DNA of 15,891 nt from the NCBI RefSeq assembly GCF_006345805.1, contig NW_021825375.1:1-15891 (forward strand), in the 5' to 3' direction. This DNA is from Octopus sinensis (taxonomy: Eukaryota). Position 1 is the first letter of the stretch; each line of letters begins with the position of its first letter. A model generated the notes under the pieces. The model saw only the letters and a program-made list of their open reading frames with translations. It had not been told where the DNA came from and searched no databases. Shown piece by piece: positions 1 through 7,927 of the stretch. The translations under genes and the position numbers were made by a program.

Positions 1-560
1 CCTAATGCCAACCACTCGTGAGTGTAGTGGGTGCTTTTTACGTGCCACCGCACAGGTGCCAGACGAGGCTGGCAATGCCCACGATCGGATGGTGCTTTTT
101 ATGTGCCACCAGCACGGGTCCAGGCGAGGCTGGCAATGGCCACGATCGGATGGTACTTTTTATGTGCCACCGGCACGGGTCCAGGTGAAGCTGGCAATGG
201 CCACGATGAGGTGGTACTTTTTATGTACCACCGGCACGGGTGCAGGCGAGGCTGGCAATGGCCACAATCGGATGGTACTTTTTATGTGCCACTGGCACGG
301 GTCCAGGCGAGACTGGCAATGGCCACGATCGGGTGGTACTTTTTATGTGCCACCAGCACGGGTCCAGGCGAGGCTGGCAATGGCCACGATCGGATGGTAC
401 TTTTTATGTGCCACCGGCACGGGTCCAGGCGAGGCTGGCAATGGCCACGATCGGGTGGTACTTTTTATGTGCCACTGGCACGGGTCCAGGCGAGGCTGGC
501 AATGGTCACGATCGGATGGTGCTTTTTACGTGCCACCGGCACGAGGCCAGTCTGGGCGGC
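1..560 (-). mobile_element. SINE-like element of the (GAT)n-tailed family, cut by the window start, with an amplified 61-bp internal segment
   Basis: Positions 1-48 (cctaatgccaaccactcgtgagtgtagtgggtgctttttacgtgccac) are nearly the exact reverse complement of 5109-5157, which belongs to a (GAT)n-tailed element. Confidence 0.75.
31..545. repeat. 61-bp minisatellite, ~8.4 copies
   Basis: The anchor gtgcca/gtacca recurs at 42, 103, 164, 225, 286, 347, 408, 469 and 530, an exact 61-bp period. Confidence 0.97.
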
Positions 561-563
561 GCT

Positions 564-586
564 ACACACACACACACACACACACA
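564..586. repeat. (AC)n microsatellite
   Basis: Direct reading. Confidence 0.95.
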
Positions 587-929
587 TGTATATGTTTGTC
601 CAATACAATTCAGTACTTCCACTTGGTGCCAAAATAGGATATGCCAGAAATGAACTTGCACGCATCCAGGGTAAATGCAGCAGAACGGAGGACAAGGTGA
701 CCCACACTACACACTTCCCAGATATATCGATAACCATTGTAAATTGGCTTAAGTACCCAAGACGACCAACATGCTAAACACATAGAAAACCCTGCAACAC
801 ATGCTTCCTTAAAATACCCCATTTTAGCAAGAGGATAACTACATCCATCCAAAGAAGAGAAGGGCTAGATATGCAACTAGCCCACTCCGGCTCCTCTCTG
901 AGAGGAGACCTTGCAAAGAAATGAACATA

Positions 930-1790
930 GGCACAGGAGTGGCTGTGTGGTAAGTAGCTTGTTTACCAACCACATGCTTCCGGGTTTAGTCCCACTGTGT
1001 GGCACCTTGGGTATGTCTTCTACTATAGCCTCAGGCCAACCAAAGCCTTATGAGTGGATTTGGTAGACGGAAACGGAAAGAAGCCCGTCGTATATATGTA
1101 TATATATATATATATGTGTGTGTGTGTATGTTTGTGTGTCTGTGTTTGTCCCCCTAGCATGCTTGACAACCGATGCTGATGTGTTTACGTCCCCGTCACA
1201 TAGCGGTTCGGCAAAAGAGACCGATAGAATAAGTACTGGGCTTACAAAAAAAGAATAAGTCCCGGGGTCGATTTGCTCGACTAAAAGGCGGTGCTCCAGC
1301 ATGGCCGCAGTCAAATGACTGAAACAAGTAAAAGAGAGCGATAGAATACGTACTGGGCTTACAAACAATAAGTCCCGGGGTCGATTTGCTCGACTAAAGG
1401 CGGGGCTCCAGCATGGCCGCAGTCAAATGACTGAAACAAGTAAAAGAGACCAATAGAATAAGTACTGGGCTTACAAAGAATAAGTCCCGGGGGCGATTTG
1501 CTCGACTAAAGGCGGTGCTCCAGCATGGCTGCAGTCAAATGACTGAAACAAGTAAAAGAGACCAATAGAATAAGTACTGGGCTTACAAACAATAAGTCCC
1601 GGGGTCGATTTGCTCGACTAAAGGCGGTGCTCCAGCATGGCTGCAGTCAAACAACTGAAACAAGAGACCAATAGAATAAGTACTGGGCTTACAAAGAATA
1701 AGTCCCGGGGTCGATTTGCTCGACTAAAGGCGGTGCTCCAGCATTGCCACAGTCAAATGACTGAAACAAGTAAAAGAGAGTAAAGAGAGA
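930..1790 (+). mobile_element. tRNA-derived SINE (family 1) with five tandem copies of its 3' tail
   Basis: A-box-like tggctgtgtgg at ~940-950, B-box-like gggtttagtccc at ~982-993, a central (TA)/(TG) tract, then the tail ...ccagcatggccgcagtcaaatgactgaaacaagtaaaagag. Close homologues at 10250-10770 and 14842-15854. Confidence 0.9.
1213..1790 (+). repeat. Tandem array of ~112-bp SINE tail, 5 copies
   Basis: gtactgggcttac occurs at 1233, 1350, 1462, 1574 and 1680 (periods 117, 112, 112, 106). Confidence 0.95.
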
Positions 1791-2169
1791 AGGGAAACAA
1801 AAGGAAGCTGTATGTATAATACATAACTTAGAAGCAGCGCTACGGATGCACCAGCGCACATGAGACTGAGACGTGGTCGAACTCACAGACTTTTCATGAG
1901 GAATTCTGGATGGAGCTTCGTGAGACCACTGCTGAGACGCTTCAAAAAAAAAAAGAAAAGCCATTGGGAAACCAATTATAGCATCGACTCCATCTAAGAA
2001 TATCTGAAGAAGGAATTTTTTTTCCGAAATATCATATCAGACTCTGTGGATGGCTATATTACAACAGGTATATAAGCCATTGTCTGTATTATAGTGCATT
2101 GTTGTACCATTCAAAACTTTTTATTCTTTACAAACAATACACAATGCTTCAAGCAAACTACAATACTCT

Positions 2170-2170
<1 letters not shown>

Positions 2171-2220
<50 letters not shown>

Positions 2221-2670
2221 ATATATATATTATATTTTATATATATATGTTTATATACAATATATATATGTGTGTGTGTGTGTGTGTATCTCTATCTATC
2301 TATCTATCTATCTGTGTGTAAATATATATATATATATATATATATAGAAAGAGAGAGGGGGGAGTGAGAAAGACAGATAGATATATGTAACATACATATA
2401 TGGGTGTGTGTATATATATATACACACACACACATACACATATATATATCTACATATATCTATCTATATATATATATATACATATATATACATATATATA
2501 ATATATGCATATATACACACACACACACACTCACACCCACAAACATGCATACATGCATACATAGGCACATACATACATACATACATACATACACACACTC
2601 ACAAATATACATACATGCATACATACATACATACGTACATACATACATATCTGCATCCAAACATACATAC
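2171..2670. repeat. Compound microsatellite (TA)n/(TG)n/(TCTA)n/(CATA)n
   Basis: Direct reading. Confidence 0.95.
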
Positions 2671-2858
2671 AGATCTCAAAAATAGATAAGAATCTCCCGT
2701 GTGCGAATTATGGCAGCCAGCCATTATTTCCCAGCGAGTTTGTCTCGGAAGACATGTACCATGTTTCCCCTAATTGTTGTAAGTGCTTGTTAATGAAACT
2801 AGGTAATCACATAAGGTGTTAAAATCTGGGTGGGACACATAAGTCCCAAACAATTTAA

Positions 2859-2973
2859 CCCTTTTGTTACAGAATTTTTGATGAAATACGCCCTCTTTAT
2901 TTTAATCATTTTCAGAAGTAACGAAGAATTTAATAAAATAACTTGGTCATTAATAAGCTGGTATTTGGAACGT
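2859..2973. mobile_element. Left part of an AT-rich host element (putative TTAA-flanked MITE) interrupted by SINEs
   Basis: Starts with TTAA|CCCTTTTGTTAC at 2855-2870, a piggyBac-like terminus pattern. Its last 15 nt (tggtatttggaacgt) reappear at 4815-4829, where AT-rich sequence resumes. No right TIR was found. Confidence 0.4.
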
Positions 2974-2977
2974 TTGT

Positions 2978-3629
2978 GGAGGCGCAATGGCCCAGTGGTT
3001 AGGGTAGCGGACTCGCGGACGTAGGATCGCGGTTTCGATTCCCAGACCGGGCGTTGTGAGTGTTTATGAGCGAAAACACCTAAAGCTCCACGAGGCTCCG
3101 CAGGGGATGGTGGTGATCCTGCTGTACTCTTTCACCCACAAACTTTCTCTCACTCTTACTTCCTGTTTCTGTTGTACCTGTATTTCAAAGGGGCCGGCCT
3201 TGTCACTCTCTGTGTCAAGCTGAATATCCCCGAGAACTACGTTAAGGGTACACGTGGTCTGTGGAGTGCTCAGCCACTTACACGTTAATTTCAAGAGCAG
3301 GCTTCGATTCTCAGACCGTGTGTTGTGAGTGTTTATTGAGCGAAACACCCCTAAGCTCCACGAGGCTCCGGCAGGGGATGGTGGTGATCCCTGCTGTGTA
3401 CTCTTTCACCACAACTTTCTCTCACTCTTACTTCCTGTTTCTGTTGTACCTGTATTTCAAAGGGGCCGGCCTTGTCACTCTCTGTGTCACCTGAATATCC
3501 CCGAGACTACGTTAAGGGTACACGTGTCTGTGGAGTGCTCAGCCACTTACACGTTAATTTCAAGAGCAGGCTGTTCTGTTGATCGGATCAACCGGAACCC
3601 TCGTCGTCGTAACCGACGGAGTGCTTCCC
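2978..3629 (+). mobile_element. tRNA-derived SINE (family 2) with internal 269-bp direct duplication
   Basis: A box TGGCCCAGTGG at 2988-2998 and B-box-like ggtttcgattccc at 3031-3043. Segment 3035-3303 is repeated at 3304-3572. Flanked by ATTTGGAACGT at 2963-2973 and 3631-3641. Confidence 0.9.
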
Positions 3630-3644
3630 CATTTGGAACGTAAA

Positions 3645-4813
3645 GGCGGCGAGCTGGCAGAAACGTTAGCACGCCGGGCGAAATGCTTAGCAGTATTTCG
3701 TCTGCCGCTACGTTCTGAGTTCAAATTCCGCCGAGGTCGGCTTTGCCTTTCATCCTTTCGGGGTCAATTAAGTAAGTACCAGTTTCGCACTGGGGGGGTC
3801 GATGTAATCGACTTAATCCATTTGTCGGTCCTTGTTTGTCCTCTCTGTGTTTAGCCCCTTGTGGGTAGTAAAGAAATAGGTATTTCGTCTGCCGCTACGT
3901 TCTGGATTCAAATTCCGCCAAGGTCGACTTTGCCTTTCATCCTTTCGAGATCAATTAAATAAATACCAGTTACACACTGGGGTTGATCTAATCGACTTAA
4001 TCCGTTTGTCTGTCCTTGTTTGTCCCCTCTGTGTCTAGCCCCTTGTGGGTAGTAAAGAAATAGATATTTCGTCTGCCGCTATGTTCTGAGTTCAAATTCC
4101 GCTGAGGTCGACTTTGCCTTTCATCCTTTCAGGGTCGATTAAATAAGTACCAGTTACGCACTGGGGGAGGGTGGGGGTCGATGTAATCGATTTAATCCAT
4201 GTGTCTGTCCTTGTTTGTCCTCTCTGTGTTTAGCCCCTTGTGGGTAGTAAAAAAATAGGTATTTCCTCTGCCGCTATGTTCTGAGTTCAAATTCCGCCGA
4301 GAATGACTTTGCCTTTCATCCTTTCAGGGTCAATTAAGTAAGTACCAGTTACGCACTGGGGGGGTTCGATGTAATCTATTTAATCCATGTGTCTGTCCTT
4401 GTTTGTCCCCTCTGTGTTTAGCCCCTTGTGGGTTGTAAAGAAATAGGTATTTCGTCTGCCGCTATGTTCTGAGTTCAAATTCCGCTGAGGTCGACTTTGC
4501 CTTTCATCCTTTCGAGGTCGATTAAATAAGTACCAGTTACGCACTGGGGTCGAGATAATCGACTTAATCCGATTGTCTGTCCTTGTTTGTCCCCTCTGTG
4601 TTTAGCCCCTTGTGGGTAGTAAAGAAATAGGTATTTCGTCTGCCTCTATGTTCTGAGTTCAAATTCCGCTGAGGTCGACTTTGCCTTTCATCCTTTCGAG
4701 GTCGATTAAATAAGTACCAGTTACGCACTGGGGTCGAGATAATCGACTTAATCCGATTGTCTGTCCTTGTTTGTCCTCTCTGTGTTTAGCCCCTTGTGGG
4801 TAGTAAAAAGAAA
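3645..4813 (+). mobile_element. tRNA-derived SINE (family 3): one head plus six tandem ~187-bp body/tail units
   Basis: A-box-like tggcagaaacg near 3655 and B-box-like gagttcaaattcc in each unit. Units start at 3693, 3880, 4064, 4259, 4447 and 4631. Flanked by CATTTGGAACGTAAA at 3630-3644 and 4818-4832. Confidence 0.9.
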
Positions 4814-4894
4814 TTGGCATTTGGAACGTAAATTGAAATGAAATCTTGATAGAAGAAGGTTTTAACTTAGATTTCTTTAAAATTGAAAGTTTTC
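4814..4894. mobile_element. Continuation of the AT-rich host element after the SINE insertions
   Basis: Begins with the duplicated target sequence. Joining 2973 to 4830 gives a continuous AT-rich stretch (inference). Confidence 0.4.
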
Positions 4895-4895
4895 A

Positions 4896-4993
4896 TGGCT
4901 GTGTGGTTTGCTTGTCATTCACATGTCTCCAGGTTCTTTCCCACTGTATGAAACCTTCGGTAAGTGTCTTCTTCTATAGCCTTGGGCCAACCG
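4896..4993 (+). mobile_element. Degenerate 5' fragment of family-1 SINE
   Basis: tggctgtgtggtttgcttg...cccactgtatg...aagtgtcttcttctatagccttgggccaaccg aligns by eye to ~940-1043. Confidence 0.75.
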
Positions 4994-5004
4994 ACAGACA
5001 GAGG

Positions 5005-5031
5005 GCTAGCTAGCTAGCTAGATAGATAGAC

Positions 5032-5086
<55 letters not shown>

Positions 5087-5105
5087 CAGGCAGATAAATA
5101 GATAG
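5005..5105. repeat. (GCTA)n/(GATA)n microsatellite
   Basis: Direct reading. Confidence 0.95.
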
Positions 5106-5108
5106 GTA

Positions 5109-5295
5109 GTGGCACGTAAAAAGCACCCACTACACTCACGGTGTGGTTGGCGTTAGGAAGTGTACCCAGCTGTAGAAACATTGCCAGATCAGACTGAGCC
5201 TGGTGCAGCCTTCTGGCTTCCCAGACCCCAGGTTGAACCGTCCAACCCATGATGGCATGGAAAGCGGACGCTAAACGATGATGATGATGATGATG
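5109..5295 (+). mobile_element. 3' portion of a SINE with (GAT)n tail (RTE-type tail by inference)
   Basis: Ends ...catggaaagcggacgctaaacgatgatgatgatgatgatg. Short tandem-repeat tails are typical of RTE-clade LINEs and their SINEs. Homologous to 1-48 (reverse), 15743-15794 and, more weakly, 15021-15227 (reverse). Confidence 0.75.
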
Positions 5296-5327
5296 TAGAT
5301 GGACAAACAGACAGACAAATAGATAAC

Positions 5328-5448
5328 TTTCTTTTATTAGCCACACAGGGCTGAATACAGAGGGGACAAATACAAATGTAGAGCTTTTCTTTTCGAGGGT
5401 GGAAAAAAAAAAGGAAAATAAATGTAAGATTTCGATCAAAAGGGATCG
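5328..5448 (-). mobile_element. Short 3'-end fragment of a LINE-like element
   Basis: Homologous to 5707-5810 (tttct..a.tagccacacagggctg...tagagcttttctttt...ttcgatcaaaagggatcg). On the minus strand it ends in an A-rich terminus followed by (TATC)/(TCTG) repeats. Confidence 0.55.
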
Positions 5449-5472
5449 AGAGGAGAGAAAAAAACAAACAAA

Positions 5473-5533
5473 TAGATAGATAGACAGATAGACAAACAAA
5501 TAGCTAGCTAGCTAGATAGATAGATAGACAGAC

Positions 5534-5588
<55 letters not shown>

Positions 5589-5619
5589 CAGATAGATAGA
5601 TAGAGATAGATAGACAGAC

Positions 5620-5654
<35 letters not shown>

Positions 5655-5655
5655 C

Positions 5656-5703
<48 letters not shown>
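5473..5703. repeat. (GATA)n microsatellite
   Basis: Direct reading. Confidence 0.95.
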
Positions 5704-5704
<1 letters not shown>

Positions 5705-5706
5705 TG

Positions 5707-6020
5707 TTTCTTTAATAGCCACACAGGGCTGCACACAGACAGAATAAATTACAAGGTAGAGCTTTTCTTTTGGGGGTAAAAAAAAAGGGGGTTGGTTTTC
5801 GATCAAAAGGGATCGTAAAAGGAAAGAAAGAGGACAAAAAAAGGGAAGGATTTTAAAAAAAAGTGGGGGGGAGAAAAGGGGAGAGGAAAAAAAAAGTTGA
5901 TCAATAGGGATCGTAATCACAGAAATGTAAAAGTGTAAAGGGGAGGACAGGTGAGGTTTACCCGTGGAAAGAAAAGCCTACGGAAAATACCATGGTAACC
6001 TCGGTCAATGAAGTCACATG
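5707..6020 (-). mobile_element. 5'-truncated LINE-like 3' UTR fragment
   Basis: Longer copy of the 5328-5448 family, with T-rich/pyrimidine tracts on the minus strand and the terminus ...cagccctgtgtggctattaaagaaa. No ORF remnant is visible, so LINE status is inferred. Confidence 0.55.
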
Positions 6021-6244
6021 TTATATTTCTTTTAGATAGATAGATAGATAGAAAGAAGAAGAAGAAAGGAGGAGGGAGGAGGAGGAGGAGGAGGAGGATT
6101 TAGAACACTTAAATAAGGGAGGGAAAAATTGACGAAAAGGAAAACAGAGGAAAGCCAGACGGAAGAAGACAACAAATGGAAGTATAAACGGCTCCAAAAT
6201 TTACCGGCACCCTATATTGATGTTTACATTTAGGAGTTCTTGCC

Positions 6245-7698
6245 TCACTCTCTCTCTCTCTTTCTTTCTCTCCCTCCCCCTCAATTTGTCCCACTCTTCC
6301 TTCTCCTGTCTCTGTTTGTCTGTCTGTCTATTTCTCCACTTCTCTTTCTCTTTCTCTCTCTCTGCCTCTTTCTCTCTCTCTCTCAGTCTGTCTTTCTCTC
6401 TCTCTTTCTTTCTCTCCCTCCCCATCAATTTGTCTCTCTCTTCCTTCTTCTCTCTCTGTTTGTCTGTCAATTTCTCCCCCTCTCTTTCTCTTTCTCTCTC
6501 TCTCCCTCCTTCTCTCTCTCCTCTCTCTTTCTCAGTCTGTCTGTCTGTCTCTCTCTCTTTCTTTCTCTCCCTCCCCCTCAATTTGTCTCTCTCTTCCTTC
6601 TCCTGTCTGTCTGTCTGTCTATTTCTCTCTCTCCCTCTTTCTATCTCTCTCTCAGTCTGTCTTTCTCTCTCTCTTTCTTTCTCTCCCTCCCCATCAATTT
6701 GTCTCTCTCTTCCTTCTTCTCTCTCTGTTTGTCTGTCAATTTCTCCCCCTCTCTTTCTCTTTCTCTCTCTCTCCCTCCTTCTCCTCTCTCTCTCTCTTTC
6801 TCAGTCTGTCTGTCTGTCTCTCTCTCTTTCTTTCTCTCCCTCCCCCTCAATTTGTCTCTCTCTTCCTTCTCCTGTCTGTTCTGTCTGTCTATTTCTCTCT
6901 CTCCTCTCCCCTCTCTCTATCTCTCTCCTCAGTCTGTCTTTCTCTCTCTCTTTCTTTCTCTCCCTCCCCATCAATTTGTCTCTCTCTTCCTTCTTCTCTC
7001 TCCCCCTTCCTTCTGATTCTCCCTGTTTGGGTCTGTCATTTCTCCCCCTCTCTTTCCCCTCTCTTTCTCTCTCTCTCTCTCTCTCCTTCTGTCCTCTCTC
7101 CCTCACTCTTCTCTCTCTCTCTCTTCTTGGCTCAGTCTGTCTGTCTGTCTCTCTCTCTTTCTTTCTCTCTCCTGTCCCCCTCCCAATTTGTCTCTCTCTT
7201 CCCTTCCTTCTCCTGTGTCTGTCGTCTATTTCTCTCTCTCCCTCTTTCTATCTCTCTCTCAGTCTGTCTTTCTCTCTCTCTTTCTTTCTCTCCCTTCCCC
7301 TCAATTTGTCTCTCTCTTCCTTCTCTCTCTGTTTGTCTGTCAGTCTATTTCTCCTCCTCTCTTTCTCTTTCTCTCTCTCTCTCTCCCTCTTTCTCCCTCT
7401 CTCTCTCAGTCTGTCTGTTTCTCTCTCTTTCTTTCCCTCTCTCTCCCTCTTTCTCTCTCTCTCAGTCTGTCTGTTTCTCTCTCTTCCTTCTCCTCTCTCT
7501 GTTTGTCTGTCTATTTCTCCCCCTCTCTTTCTCTCTCTCTCCCCCTCTCTTTCTTTCTCCCCCTCCCTTCACTTTGTCTCTCTCTTCCTTCTCCTCTCTC
7601 TGTTTGTCTGTCTGTCTATTTCTCCCCCTCTCTTTCTCTCTCTCTCTCTCCCTCTTTCTACCTCTCTCTCTACCTCTTTCTCTCTATCTCTCTCTCAG
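6245..7698. repeat. 1.45-kb polypyrimidine (CT-rich) tract with higher-order repeat
   Basis: The landmark caatttgtc occurs at 6282, 6426, 6579, 6695, 6848, 6972, 7184 and 7302 amid (CT)n/(CTGT)n. Confidence 0.92.
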
Positions 7699-7927
7699 CT
7701 AAACCCAAAATAACCTTCTACAGGCGTCAATATCTGCTGTTCAATATCTTCTCATCCTATGAATCCGCGTCCTCGTTCGCCTCCACCACCACCACCACCA
7801 CCACCACCACCACCACTACACACCGCCGCCGCCGCCACCATCAACACTATTCACCCCCCAACCCTCCCCCGCCAACCATCTCCGTCTCCACCGACAACTT
7901 ACAAACATACACATAACCATAATCACA

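Noticed and set aside
31-545. CRISPR-like regular repeats (also 1213-1790)
   Set aside because: There are no unique spacers and no cas genes, and the context is eukaryotic. These are contiguous tandem repeats.
5-777. Three overlapping long ORFs
   Set aside because: They arise from a 61-bp SINE-internal repeat; the same peptides rotate through all frames and there is no domain signature.
600-900. Possible LINE or exon remnant in unique sequence
   Set aside because: No motif recognised in any frame; left unannotated.
862-907. Two adjacent small inverted repeats (GGGCTAG/CTAGCCC and CTCCTCTC/GAGAGGAG)
   Set aside because: Short stems without a U-tract or a Helitron CTRR end at the expected distance; no function can be supported.
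1832-1981. 49-codon open stretch KQRYGCTSAHETETWSNSQTFHEEFWMELR... after an AG
   Set aside because: No recognisable family, weak polypyrimidine tract, no start codon at its beginning. It cannot be distinguished from chance without tBLASTn or RNA-seq.
2978-3050. tRNA gene (also heads at 930, 3645, 10250, 14842)
   Set aside because: A/B-box-like motifs are present, but I found no complete cloverleaf or acceptor stem, and each continues into a repeated SINE body.
6217-7916. 498-aa and other Leu/Ser- or Arg/Glu-rich ORFs
   Set aside because: Translations of the CT tract, which lacks stop codons by composition.
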